The notes: generated by a model not told the origin, from the letters alone. A DNA stretch of 64,000 nucleotides from Trueperaceae bacterium (GCA_034520945.1 JAXHNB010000010.1:209942-273941); one strand, 5' to 3'. Shown: positions 38,263 through 49,165, numbered from the stretch's first letter. Numbers and translations are program-made.

Positions 38263-40468
38263 TCACGGCGCCTCTGTCGCCTGGAACGCGCTCCAGTTCA
38301 GCCAAATGTCGAACGGTCCCGCCGCATCGTCGGCGACGACCTCGACCGTCTCCCCGGCCACGTTCATCGTGTTCAGGTCCGGGATGTCGAAGGTGAGGCA
38401 GTAGGTGCCGTCCGAAGCGGCCCGGAGGTCCGGGTGCGTGCGGGCGTCGCGCAGCGGCGCGGTGTACTCCAGGTACTCGTCCGGCGTGGACGCGTCCATG
38501 ACCTCGGTGTGCACGCCGTAGAGGCGGAGGCACATCTCGGCCTCCTGCATGCGCGGCCGGAGCTCCACGTACCCGCCGAAGAAGCTGTCGTCGCTGCCGC
38601 CGCTGAAGTCGCCGTACTCGGACGGGATCTCCGGTTCGCCGTTCTCGACGTCGTCTTGGTCGAGGATCCAGTCGATGTCCTTCCCGCCCGTCCACCGCGT
38701 CCCGGGCAGGCTGGCGTCGCTTCCGCTGGCCTGCACCGTGCCGTACGAGTTCGGCGAGACGTAGCTGCGGACGCGCTCGGGAAACGCGGTCGTGGCGTCG
38801 GTGGGGTCGTCCCGCGTCGGGTGAACATCCGCCCGGAAGCGCGTGAACACCGTGTACTCCACGCGCTTGTCCACCCTCGCGAGGGGGTGCGACACCAGGG
38901 CGCTGATCCGCCCGCTCCATTTCGTGAGCGGCACCTCGTTGCTGCGGAGCTCGTCCCCGCCGGCGTCGGCCTGCGCGTCGTGCACGGTGGCGTACACGCG
39001 GCCCGAGCGGTCCAGCGGCGCTACGGCGACGACCTCGCTCGCCGACCACCGCTGCACCTCGAGCTCGGTGCCGGACAGGAACACCCGTCCCGGTTCGGAA
39101 CCGAACTGGCCGCGGAGCACCAGTTTGCCCTCCTGGTCGGCGGCGTTGTCCCTCACCTCGATCCGTTCGATGGCGGGGCGAAGCGCCAGGCGACCCTCGC
39201 CGTGGAAGGTCATGTTCACCTCGTCGCCGCCGAACGCGAAGGGACCCAACGTCCAGTCGGGCTTCTGGAAGCGATCGAGCCCCATCTCGGCCAGAGCCGG
39301 GCGTACATAGGCCGTGTCCCATGGGCGGTTCCAGGTTCCGCGCCCCAGCAGCATGCGGAAGGCGTGCTGGATGCTGCCCTGCGCGTAGGCCGCGTTGGTG
39401 TAGTTGTCGAACGACACCAGCCGCCGGGCGCTCTGCAGGACGGCGTTCCGCATCGGCCGGGGGTCGTACCCCTGGAACGGGTCGGCGCCGAAGTAGCAGG
39501 CGTGGATCATGGCGAAGCCGCCCGCCAGGTCCCAGTGCTTGGTAATGAAACGCTCGGTCACGGCGACCTTGACCATGTCCGGCGCCGCGCCCTGATTGGC
39601 GTCGATGGAGATCACCAGATCGCCGGCCTGCAGTTCGTCCTGGTGTGCGTCGAACCACGCCTCCTCCAGCTCGACCTCGGTGGCGGTCTGCAGGGCGTAG
39701 CGGGCGTCGCCCAGTTCGGGGCCGTCCTCGTCGATGTCCGTCACCGGCCGGTAGGCGGCGCCGTGCGTGTCCAGGTACAGCACCCCGACGTCCTGGTAGC
39801 GACGCATGTCCGCCAAGCTGCCGCCGAGCGAGGAGACCTCGTACCCGCTGGCCTCCAGCAGGTCCGCCACGCTCTCGGCCTGCGCGTCTCCTCCGTCGAT
39901 CGCGACCACCACGGCCTTCCGGCTGCCGGGCAGTTCCGCGGGCGGGGCGTCGGCGGCGGGTCGGATGCGTGCGGTGCGCGGGCGCGTCGGCGCGGAGCCC
40001 GGACCTGTTCGCCCCATGCGTGGGGCGCCCTCACCTGCGCTGTCGGCAGGCGTGCATGCGCTGTGGGAGCGTCCGCGCCGCGGCTTCCGTTGAAGCACCG
40101 TCCCCCGCCGCGGGCCGGTCGTTCATCACCACGAGCGGCAGGCCGCTGCGCAGCACGATCGTGGCGGAAAGGAACGTCTCGTGCACCTCGGCCGCCGCCA
40201 CCGCCGGCAGCTGCTCGACGCCATCGACGGCGTCCTGTAGTTCCGCCAGCAGGTCTCGGTCTTCGGGCGGCGTGCCGGGGGCGGGGAGGGCCGCGCGAAC
40301 TTCGGCGGCGACGGCTTCGACGGCGTCCGCGGTGTCCTGGGTCGGCGGTGTCCCGTTGCCGGGCGAGGCGCCCTCGTGTTCGCCGCCGCATGCCACGGCC
40401 GCTAAAGCCAACATAAGGACGGCGCCCATCATGGTGCGTCTTGGGCGAGGGGGCAGCAATGCGAACAT
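38263..40468 (-). pseudogene. Large hypothetical lipoprotein with an IPT/TIG-like segment, split by an apparent 1-nt insertion at ~40040-40090
   Basis: N-part has lipobox LAAVAC (40031-40468). C-part (38263-~40050) has LRGQFGSEPGRVFL...VQRWSASEVVA, and the two frames overlap in a low-complexity linker. Confidence 0.6.
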
Positions 40469-41069
40469 GGCGACCTACTTCGCAGAGGCACGCTTGGGGT
40501 GGACGAGGGCCTGGTGGACTTCAGTATAGCGGTGTCGAAGGAATGCGTTCAAACGCTTTCACGCGGACGGGCGACCACCGAGAGGAACGGTCGTAAAGGG
40601 TAGGTTAAAACTCCTCATGATTTGACACGGGGTACCTGTCGTCGTCGCACCGGAGTCTCCGCAACAGGGCAGCCGAAGGCGGGCGACATTTTCCGGCGCA
40701 ACCGGCGGCAGGAGCTCCTTGGACGGTCAGCGCTGCCGACGCACCGCGGACCCAGCACTTGCGGCATCGCCCTTCGACAGGTCGAAGTTCCGAAGCGCCG
40801 TGGGGCCGCCACACCTGAAGCGAAGGTCCATCCCGGAATCCAGCGACAGGTACAGCGGCAAGTCCCGCACAAGGGGGGCGCGTTCTATCGGAGACGCTCA
40901 TCGACGACTGGGTGAGCACGTCAAACGTCGGTGCTGCTGTACCTGCAGCGGAAGACGCCCGAGGAGCGATGGCGCGCACGCGCTGCAAACGGATGACGCA
41001 CGCCTCACGCTCAAGCCGGGGAGCGCTCCCGGTCTGCACGATGCCCGAACCAACGCCGTCCGCGCCCGA

Positions 41070-42968
41070 TCAACCCTTCTCGACCGTAGGGAACGCGGCC
41101 ACCCGCAGGTTTGTCGCGCCGTACGGAACGAGGCGCACCGACGCGGCCGGTCCGCGCTCGGTCTCGGGTCGCTCCGGTACGGGCGCGGCGGCGTTGTGCT
41201 CCAACCCCCACGAAGGCACCCGGCGCGCCCTGACCTGCGCGTGGACAGGCGCGCCAGCAGGCGAGAAGGGATGACTCGTGACGGCTTCTTCGCGAAAGTC
41301 GATCGAATCTTCGGGAGCGGGACCTAGCTCCAGAGCGTAGTTCCACGCGCTAGCGGGGTATACCTCCCAGTCCTGGTGCGGCGCCTCGCCGCCGATGGTC
41401 CGCCAGTCCTCCTCGATTTCGAGGGCGAAGAGGACCGGTCCCCGGTGGATCGAGACGCTGTTGTGATAGCCGCGTTCGATCCGTGTCCTCATCGGAAGAT
41501 GCAGTGTGACACCGGTCCCCGTGCGCTCGCCCAGAACTACCCGCGTGTAGCGGCCGGGCTCGACGGTTACGTCTGCGCCAGCGATGCTCGCTCCCTCTGC
41601 CCAACCCGGCACTCGGATGTCGACGGGCACCTCGACGGGGCGCTCGCTGCGCACGGAGATGCGTACGTCTTGCTCGAACGGGTAGGCGGTCTCGATCATG
41701 AGGGTGACCTCGACGCCGTCGATCTTTGCCGTCGCCTCGCACGGGGCGAGGGCCGTGATGGCGAAGCCGCCATGGTGGTTCCTCATCACGAGATGGTTCG
41801 CGAACTTGGGCCAACCTTGGTGAAAGTTGGCGGTGCAACAACCGAAGTTGGGCTCAAGCCCGAAAATGTTTGAGTGGGGTCCGTTCGTGGTGTAGACGTT
41901 GTCCTCTGCAACCCGGCATAGCACTTGGTTCACCTGCTGGTCGTACTGATGTGCCCACATGTCAGGGCTCATCGTCGCCGGAAGCGCGTTGAACGCCACG
42001 CGCTCCAGGCGGTCGCCCAGCAAGGGATCGCCGACGGTCTCGGCGAGCACCTCGAGCGAATACATGAACTCGACGACGGCGCACAGCTCCGTGCCTTGGC
42101 TCGGATTCAAGCCCGCGAGGTGCTCGTCTCCGGAGAACATGCCATTCGCTTGTCCGTGGTAGCGGTCGAGCACGGCGAGGATCCGTCGGTGCGCCTCACG
42201 ATCCTCCAGGCGCCCCGACTGACGCCACCAGACCCCCGCCGCCTTGAGCGCCATCGCGTTGTTCACGACGTGCGTGCGTAGGTCGCACTCCTCACGCCGG
42301 GAGCGGTAGCGGTAGGGGAAGCGCTCGTAGTGCTCCCGCCAGGCGAAACCCTGCTCGTGCAGCTTCGCCGCCGTCTCGAGCAAAGCAGTGTCGCCAGTGC
42401 GTTCGTAGAGCCATTGCAGGCTGATCACCATGTCCGCCCAGCGATAGCGGGCCCAGGAACGGAGATGCTCGGAGTCGAGCAGGGCGTCGAGGCGCCCGGC
42501 GAAGCGCGCGAGCGCAGGCACGACCCGTTCGTCCCCCGTCGCTTCCTGGTATTGCGTGAGCGCCTTGGCGACGATGAATACGGGCCACGGATCGTGCGGG
42601 TACCCGTAGTGGGCGTCGTGCACCGGTCCAAGCCACCCATTGTCGTGCTGCGCGCTCAGAATACAGTCTACCCAGTGCGAGACCTTATCCTTCAGCGTCG
42701 CATCGTCCAATAGGAACGCGAGCGGCACGGTGCCGTCGAGCCAGTACGGCCCGCGCTCCCACCCCTCGGCGTCCCCGCCGATCCAGCGGCTCTGGGCGAC
42801 GTCGGGCCAAAACTCGTCGAGGTGGCCCGTCAAACCGTCCGCCTGCCGCTCAAGCTGACGAAGTAGCCAGCCGCGGGGTCGGATCGCTCCCGGGGCGAGA
42901 CGACTGAATGCGGTCGGTGCTAGCCCTAAGTCTTTTTTGTCCACGGAATTCCTTTCTGCCGGCGTCAT
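41070..42968 (-). CDS. Glycoside hydrolase family 127 (beta-L-arabinofuranosidase-like)
   Basis: GAIRPRGWL, GWERGPYWLDG, HVVN, GDEH, ELCAVVE, CCTAN, LVPYGA. Start is ATG 42968 (ATGA overlap) or GTG 42944. Confidence 0.85.
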   Translation of the reverse strand: MTPAERNSVDKKDLGLAPTAFSRLAPGAIRPRGWLLRQLERQADGLTGHLDEFWPDVAQSRWIGGDAEGWERGPYWLDGTVPLAFLLDDATLKDKVSHWVDCILSAQHDNGWLGPVHDAHYGYPHDPWPVFIVAKALTQYQEATGDERVVPALARFAGRLDALLDSEHLRSWARYRWADMVISLQWLYERTGDTALLETAAKLHEQGFAWREHYERFPYRYRSRREECDLRTHVVNNAMALKAAGVWWRQSGRLEDREAHRRILAVLDRYHGQANGMFSGDEHLAGLNPSQGTELCAVVEFMYSLEVLAETVGDPLLGDRLERVAFNALPATMSPDMWAHQYDQQVNQVLCRVAEDNVYTTNGPHSNIFGLEPNFGCCTANFHQGWPKFANHLVMRNHHGGFAITALAPCEATAKIDGVEVTLMIETAYPFEQDVRISVRSERPVEVPVDIRVPGWAEGASIAGADVTVEPGRYTRVVLGERTGTGVTLHLPMRTRIERGYHNSVSIHRGPVLFALEIEEDWRTIGGEAPHQDWEVYPASAWNYALELGPAPEDSIDFREEAVTSHPFSPAGAPVHAQVRARRVPSWGLEHNAAAPVPERPETERGPAASVRLVPYGATNLRVAAFPTVEKG

Positions 42969-43804
42969 CCCTTGACAGCTCCGCCCGTCACGCCGCTGAT
43001 GAAGTACCTCTGGAGAAACAGGAAAACGATCATGATGGGAATGAAGCTGATGATGGCGCCCGACGTCAGGTACTCCCAGTTGGTCGTGTACCGGCCGGTG
43101 GCCAACTGCCGCAGGCCCACCGTCAGCAGCTTCATGCTCTCGTCGGTCGTGAACACTAGGGCGATGAGGAACTCGTTCCACGTGATGTAGAGGCTGTAGA
43201 TCACCGTCGTCACCACGCCCGGCAGCACCAGCGGGAGCATGACCCGTCCCGCCACGACCAGTTCGGAGGCACCGTCGAGGAGGGCGGACTCTCGGAGCGA
43301 GACGGGTACTGTGGCGAAGGCATTGCGCATCATGAAGACGCCGAACGGAAGCTGAAAGGTCGTGTAGATGATGATGAGCCCGGCGTAGGTGTTGAGCAGA
43401 CCCAGGGTTCGAACGAGCTGGAACAGCGGTACGAGGAGCGCCTGGAACGGGATCAACATTGCAGCGACGATCGCGACAAAGAGAAATTCCTTCGCCCGGA
43501 ACCGAAGGACCGCAAAGCCGTATCCGGCGAGGACGCTCACGAGGGCAACCAAACCAGCAGTCCCGACGCTGACGATTACGCTGTTGAGGAAGTATCGACG
43601 GAAGATGCCCTCACGCACCGTCCAGATGTCGAGATAGTTCGTGAGCGTCGCGTCTGAGGGAAGGAGCGTCGGTGGGTACACCATGATGTCGCCAGGGTGC
43701 TTGAGCGACGTGCTGACAGCCCACACCAACGGGGCGAGGAACAGGATCGCCAGGAGCACGTGGAGAAGATACAGCGGAAGGTTCTTGGCGCGCGTTCGCA
43801 GCAC
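42965..43804 (-). CDS. Carbohydrate ABC permease (MalG-like)
   Basis: FLNSVIVS, AGYGFA, LRESALLDGAS (EAA loop), WNEF, FISGVTGGAVKG. Confidence 0.92.
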   Translation of the reverse strand: MLRTRAKNLPLYLLHVLLAILFLAPLVWAVSTSLKHPGDIMVYPPTLLPSDATLTNYLDIWTVREGIFRRYFLNSVIVSVGTAGLVALVSVLAGYGFAVLRFRAKEFLFVAIVAAMLIPFQALLVPLFQLVRTLGLLNTYAGLIIIYTTFQLPFGVFMMRNAFATVPVSLRESALLDGASELVVAGRVMLPLVLPGVVTTVIYSLYITWNEFLIALVFTTDESMKLLTVGLRQLATGRYTTNWEYLTSGAIISFIPIMIVFLFLQRYFISGVTGGAVKG

Positions 43805-43812
43805 GGGGACTC

Positions 43813-44766
43813 CTAGGCCGTCTCGCTTCGCAGGAGCCGAATCTGGACGACGCTGACGGCCAGGAGGATCAGTAGTAGCACGACCGCCATCGCCGAGCCG
43901 GCCCCTAGACGAAAGTGCAGGAAGCTGGTGTCGTAAATGTGCATCATCACCGTCTTCGTCGCGTTGGCGGGCCCTCCCCGCGTCATGATCACAAAATGGT
44001 CGAAGGCCAGGAACGAGCCTGCCATCGAGACGATCAGCGCGAGCGCGAAGCTAGGCTTCAGCAGCGGTAGCATCACGTGACGGACACGCTGCGTCGCGCT
44101 CGCCCCGTCGAGCGAGGCACTCTCGTACAGCTCGCGAGGGATGCTCTGCATGCCTGCCAGCAGGATCATCATGCTGAAACCGGCGGTTTTCCACACGATC
44201 ATCACGATGATCGCCGGAAGACTCGTGGTGATCTCCCCCATCCACACGACGGGCTCGGCGATGATCCCCGCCTCCAGGAGGACGTAGTTGAGCAGGCCAA
44301 AGAGGTCATGATAGATCCACAGCCAGATGAGGCTCGCAGCTACGAACGACATCACGACGGGCAGGAAATAGATACCGCGAAAGAGCGAGATGCCGGGAAT
44401 GGGACGGTCGACGAGCACGGCCAGCAGGAACGCCACCAGGAAGATCGCGGGCGTGACGAGCACTGTGTAGAGCAGCGTGAAGCGCATCGATTGAATAAAG
44501 GTGCCGTCGTTCAGCAGACCGACGTAGTTCTGGAATCCGATGAAGGTCTTCGATCCAAGGACCGGCCAGTCGTAGAACGACATCTGAAACGCCCGCAAGA
44601 GCGGATAGCCGAAGAACACCCCGATGAGAAGGAGGGCCGGCAGGACGAACAGATACCCGTTCAGTTCGTTGGCAATTCGCCGGCGCCACTTGGGTATGAG
44701 GCGTCTGCGGGAGCCGTGAGGCTCCCGCAGAGTCTTGGTCGAGGAGTCGGGGAGTGGTGTGGGCAT
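43813..44766 (-). CDS. Carbohydrate ABC permease (MalF-like)
   Basis: FIGFQNY, FRGIYFLP, QSIPRELYESASLDGA, MTRGGP. Confidence 0.92.
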   Translation of the reverse strand: MPTPLPDSSTKTLREPHGSRRRLIPKWRRRIANELNGYLFVLPALLLIGVFFGYPLLRAFQMSFYDWPVLGSKTFIGFQNYVGLLNDGTFIQSMRFTLLYTVLVTPAIFLVAFLLAVLVDRPIPGISLFRGIYFLPVVMSFVAASLIWLWIYHDLFGLLNYVLLEAGIIAEPVVWMGEITTSLPAIIVMIVWKTAGFSMMILLAGMQSIPRELYESASLDGASATQRVRHVMLPLLKPSFALALIVSMAGSFLAFDHFVIMTRGGPANATKTVMMHIYDTSFLHFRLGAGSAMAVVLLLILLAVSVVQIRLLRSETA

Positions 44767-44791
44767 CGCCGAAGGATGGGGATCCTTGGGT

Positions 44792-46033
44792 TCACTGCGC
44801 CCTGTCGAGGATCTCCTGCATCTGCTGGTTTGCTTCCTGGAGGGCCGCCTCGACCGGGACCGTCTCGCGGAACGCCTTCTGCAAGCCTTCCAGGAACGGA
44901 TCGTAGAGCTCGTTGTAGACGGTGGTGAACGGGACGCGGCCGTGACGCGACGCCTCTGCGAAGGTCAGGTAACGCGGCTCCTCCCGAAAGTACTCGTTGT
45001 CGTGCAGGTCGCTTCGCACTGGAATGATGCCGGAGCGGGCGAACACTTCCACCTGCACCTCGGGCGAGAGGAGGAACTCGATGAACTCCCATGCGGCGTC
45101 CTTGTGTTCGCTATCGTCGGGAACCGCGATCAGGTCGCCGCCAATGAAGGCACTGATCTCGCCCTCCTCCCGACCCGGGATCGGGGCGACGCCGAAGTCG
45201 ATGTCGGGATGGTTGCGCGTGAGGTCTGAGACAACGAAGTTGCCAGTGCTGATCATTGCGATGCGGTTCTGCTTGAAGCCATCCTGGAAGTCGCTGTACG
45301 AGTAGGTGGCGGTGCCGGGGGGCGTGACCTCGTACTCGTTGATCATGTTGGTGAACATCTCCACCGCCTCGACCGTCACCGGGTGATCGAGTTCGGCCAT
45401 CGTACCGTCGTCGGACACCCAGCGGCCGCCGCTCGCCCAGGCGTAGGGCATCATCGTGAACATGAGGCCGCTCGCGTTGCCTCCTGAGAAGCCGTAACCG
45501 TACACGCCGTCACCGGTGAGCACCTCTGCCGCCTCGACGAGTTCGCCCCAGGTGCTCGGAGGATCGTCAGGATCAAGGCCGGCTTCTTCGAACATCGTGC
45601 GGTTGTATATGAGGGCCGAGACGTCCGCGGCGAACGGTACCGCGTACAACTCGTCGTTCCACGTGCCGAGTCGCAGCATCGCTTCGTTGAGCGTGTCACT
45701 GTATTCGAGGGACTCGATGTTCTCCGTGAGCTCGGTGAACGCGCCGATCGAGTTGTAGTAGGGCACGAGCACCAGGTCGATGCTGACGACGTCGGGGGCT
45801 GCGCCGCCGGCTAGGGCCGTGGTGAACCGTGCGGGGAAGTCGTCGGGATCGATGAGCGAGAAGTTCACGCGCAGGTCGCGCCCCTGTTCCTCCATGCGCT
45901 CGTTGAACGCTTCGAACGCTGGTTCGAGAGCGGGGGATCGCACCCAGACGTCCAGCTCTTGCGCTTGGGCGAATGTGAGGGCGATGGCGAACAAGGTCGA
46001 TGTGATCATCGTGCGACGGATCAGCTTTTTCAT
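44792..46033 (-). CDS. Carbohydrate ABC substrate-binding protein
   Basis: Signal peptide ...AQAQ, APDV, LYAVP, LIYNRTMFEEAGL, PSTWGEL, AAWEFIEFL; AGGAGG RBS. Confidence 0.9.
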   Translation of the reverse strand: MKKLIRRTMITSTLFAIALTFAQAQELDVWVRSPALEPAFEAFNERMEEQGRDLRVNFSLIDPDDFPARFTTALAGGAAPDVVSIDLVLVPYYNSIGAFTELTENIESLEYSDTLNEAMLRLGTWNDELYAVPFAADVSALIYNRTMFEEAGLDPDDPPSTWGELVEAAEVLTGDGVYGYGFSGGNASGLMFTMMPYAWASGGRWVSDDGTMAELDHPVTVEAVEMFTNMINEYEVTPPGTATYSYSDFQDGFKQNRIAMISTGNFVVSDLTRNHPDIDFGVAPIPGREEGEISAFIGGDLIAVPDDSEHKDAAWEFIEFLLSPEVQVEVFARSGIIPVRSDLHDNEYFREEPRYLTFAEASRHGRVPFTTVYNELYDPFLEGLQKAFRETVPVEAALQEANQQMQEILDRAQ

Positions 46034-46195
46034 GTGAATCCTCCTGTCCGGATGGTGCCTGGTGGGGTAACGACGGTGCTGCCAGCCCTCCTCTCCACCT
46101 CCGTTCGAGCGCGGCAAAGACGCTGGCAAAAACGCGGAAACCAATCTACTATGGTACTTACTGAATACGAAATGAACGTAGCACCTCAGCGATTT

Positions 46196-46852
46196 TCATG
46201 TCAACAGAGGCCCATCGTGAACAGATGGGCCACTGGGATCTGGCGCAGCGTTGGACGCCGAATCGGTGAAGAACTGCAGGAGCGTGCCCTCGCTACCGTA
46301 GATCTCTGTCGACGGGCCGCCGGCTCGCCACGCCCACCCCGACGCCAGCTCGACGATCACACCCCCCGGGAAACGAAACAGCATCACGCCAGTGTCCTCG
46401 ACAGGGAGGTCGGTGTGAACACCGCCGACCTCGGCCACGACGCTTTCCGGCTCGCCGAAGTAGTGACGCAGGAGGTCCATCTCGTGGACGCCCTCGTCAA
46501 GGAGCGCCCCTCCACCCGCGCGCTCCGGATCGACGATCCACGGCATGTCCAAGGCGAGGCGCGCCAGCGCAAAGCCGTGACCGTGCCGCTTGCGAACCAT
46601 GCCGATCGGTCCCAGCTCGCCGGCGTCGAGGATCTGCTTGACGGTGCGATTGCTAGGGATCAGCCGCTGCGGGAACGACTGGACGCAGGTGATGCCCGCC
46701 TCCTCGACCTGGCGAATAATCGCCGGCAGGTCGTCCGAAACGGCAGCGGGCGGCTTCTCGATCATCAGGTCACCTTTCGCATCGGCGACGCGTCGGACGA
46801 GGTCGGGCTTGTCGCCGTTGGCGCAGCAGAGCGCGAACGCGGCGCACTGCAC
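46196..46852 (-). pseudogene. Gfo/Idh/MocA oxidoreductase remnant (no N-terminal Rossmann motif, truncated C-terminus)
   Basis: IEKP, GELG, GGGALLDEGVHEMD, VEDTG and EIYGSEG are present. GxGxxG is absent and the frame begins directly after the stop of the XRE gene. Confidence 0.7.
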
Positions 46853-46860
46853 TACGAGGA

Positions 46861-47196
46861 TCAGGGCTCGACTGCTTCGCCGTCGCGAATCAGTGCACCG
46901 AGATCGAGCTCCACGTCCCCATCATCGAAACATGCACGAATCTCGAGCCGGCCACCCAGCGCCTCGACGTACCGTCGCAGCGTGCTGAGATGCATGTCTT
47001 GCTGATGCTCGATCTTGCTGACGCTGGATTGACGCAGGCCCATCAGCAGTACGAGCGCCTGCTGCGTGACGTTCCGGTCCTTGCGCAGGGCCTGGAGAAG
47101 TTCGTACTCCGCAGCCAGCGCCTGGGCCTGTCGTTCGATCCCATCACGTCGCTTCGGGGGAAGGGCATCGGTCAACTCTCGAAAATGCTTCGTCAT
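46861..47196 (-). CDS. XRE-family HTH antitoxin (HigA-like), orphaned
   Basis: LQALRKDRNVTQ...QSSVSKIE...LSTLRRYVEALGGRLEI; GGAGG RBS. Confidence 0.85.
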   Translation of the reverse strand: MTKHFRELTDALPPKRRDGIERQAQALAAEYELLQALRKDRNVTQQALVLLMGLRQSSVSKIEHQQDMHLSTLRRYVEALGGRLEIRACFDDGDVELDLGALIRDGEAVEP

Positions 47197-47312
47197 TCGC
47201 CTTCCTCCATCTCGCGAAGGTGCCGAGCGAACCGTGCCTCCGCCCGCGGAATCGCGCGTGCGTACCAACGGCGGCTGGAAGCCTTGTCGCCTGCGACGAT
47301 CATAACGGCACG
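47193..47312 (-). pseudogene. 3' remnant of a RelE/HigB (Gp49-like) toxin
   Basis: Translates as RAVMIVAGDKASSRRWYARAIPRAEARFARHLREMEEGE*, with its stop overlapping the antitoxin ATG. The 5' two-thirds are missing. Confidence 0.7.
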
Positions 47313-47996
47313 CGCCGCAGCGCGCCCCAGCCCGACCCGGTGGTGGGCTGCATCGTGCTGACCGATCCGTTCTTCTTCCCGCCAGGCGCGTGGATCGACC
47401 CACCGCGCGACTGGCCGCGCAACACGGTGCAGGGCAAGCGCTACGACCTGACCGAAGGCGAGGGCGCGCGCGTGTGGGCGCAGGTGCAGGAACGCCTACG
47501 GGCCCACCCCCCGTCCGCGGCCGGCGACGAGGTGCCGGCCCTGCTCGGGTCGCGCGAGGAACGCTGGGCCCGCATCCGGGCGCGATTGGGGCAGGGCGGC
47601 TTCCGCGCCAGCGTCACCGACGCCTACCGCTACCGCTGCGCCATCACCGGCGAGCGGACGCTGCCGGTCCTGGAGGCGGCCCATATCAGGCCGCATGCCC
47701 TTCGCGGACCCAACGACGTGCGCAACGGCCTGCTGCTGCGCTCCGACCTGCACATATTGTTCGACCGCGGCTACCTCACGGTGGATCCGCAGCACCGCGT
47801 GCACGTCAGCCGCCGCATCCGGGAGGAGTTCGAGAACGGCCGCGAGTACTACCGCTTCGACGGCGCTCCGCTGGCGAACCTGCCGCGCCCGGCGGGCGAG
47901 CGGCCCGAGCGTACCTACCTGACGTGGCACAACGAGCACGTGTTCGAGGCCGGCGCGGAACGGGCCGAAGGCCGACACATGGGTGGCGAGACGTGA
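47310..47996 (+). pseudogene. HNH endonuclease (putative restriction type), 5'-truncated
   Basis: DPVVGCIVLTDPFFF...RLGQGGFRASVTDAY...CAITG...LEAAHI...NGLLLRSDLHILFDRG...WHNEHVF. No credible start or RBS, and the sequence upstream of ~47310 is the toxin remnant on the other strand. Confidence 0.75.
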
Positions 47997-49142
47997 CCAC
48001 GGGGCCCTCCGGCACCGAGGCGGGCCACCGCATCGTCAGCACCGTCCTGCGGCACGACCGCAAGGTCAACAGCTACAAGATCGCCCTGTTGCGGGCACTG
48101 AACGACGTGGTACTGGCCTACCCGGACCTGCGGCACGAGGGGCGCGACGTGGCCGTGCCGCTGCGGCTTCTGGCCGAATCGTGGGTCGCGTACTACTGGC
48201 CATTCGTAGCGACGAAAGACGAGATCCTGCAGGGTCCACGGTCGCAGCGCCGCAGCGGACTGGCGCACGACATGGGCTTCCGCCCGCACCTGCGCGAGCT
48301 GCGCATCGCGTGGGAGCGCATTCACGGGCCCTCCGGCGCGGCCGGCGGCTGGCTGCTGGTGGAGCACCTGCGGGTCCCCCGCACCCGCGCCGGCTACGAC
48401 GCGCGCTTCGTGAAGCAGTACCGTGGCACCCTCAGGCGCATCGGCACCAACCTACGGCAGCCGCTGCGCTACGCCGGTGAGGGCGAATGGTCGCTGTTCG
48501 CCAAGCCTCGGCGCCTCCGTGAAATGACGGACGTGGTCGCCGTGCCGGGAACGGGACCGACCGAGGCCTGCACCCTCGTCCCGCCGGGCTTGTGGCGCGC
48601 CTTCCGTGACGTCTCGTTGTGGGTGGAGGCGCTGGCGATCCACGAGTGGAGCCTGCTCACCGAACGCGTCGGCGGGGTGTCGCGCGGCCGCGCCTACGAA
48701 CTGCTGACCGAACGGCCCGACAACCGCCTGCCCCTCAGCTGGGAACGCAACGGCGTGGAACTGCTCATGCGCGAGGGGCACGCGTTCACCTGCCCCTGGA
48801 CGGGCCGGCGGCTGACGCCCGCGCGCTACCAGCTGGATCACGTGGTGCCGGTCGCCGTCCACCCGTTCCACGAGTTGTGGAACCTGGTGCCGGCCGATCC
48901 GCACTTCAACATGCACCGCAAGCGCGACCGCCTGCCCGGCGCCGCGGCGTTGGCGGGCGCCACGCCGCACCTCGGCGTCGACCTACGGCGCGTACGAGGC
49001 TTCTCCCGCCCTGGCGGCGCCGCTGCGCGAGGACGTGCGCCTGCGCTTCGCGCGCACCGCGGCCGAACCGCGCGCGATCGCCGCCGCGGTCACCGATCTG
49101 GTCGAGAACATCGCGTCGCTCCGCAACCTGGCGCGCTTCTGA
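47993..49142 (+). CDS. HNH-domain protein with helical N-terminal domain; apparent 1-nt insertion at ~48974
   Basis: KVNSYKIALLRAL, YYWPF, CPWTG, LDHVVP, WNLVPA...N..KRDRLP. Removing one G at CTCGGCG gives a normal end ...ENIASLRNLARF* at 49142. GTGA-coupled to the upstream HNH. Confidence 0.75.
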
Positions 49143-49165
49143 CGCGCGTCGGAGGGAGGACCTGC

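Noticed and set aside
40605..41039. 144-aa ORF and other short frames in the 40.5-41.0 kb gap
   Set aside because: No recognisable motif, RBS or consistent codon pattern. This may be eroded DNA but I cannot support a call.
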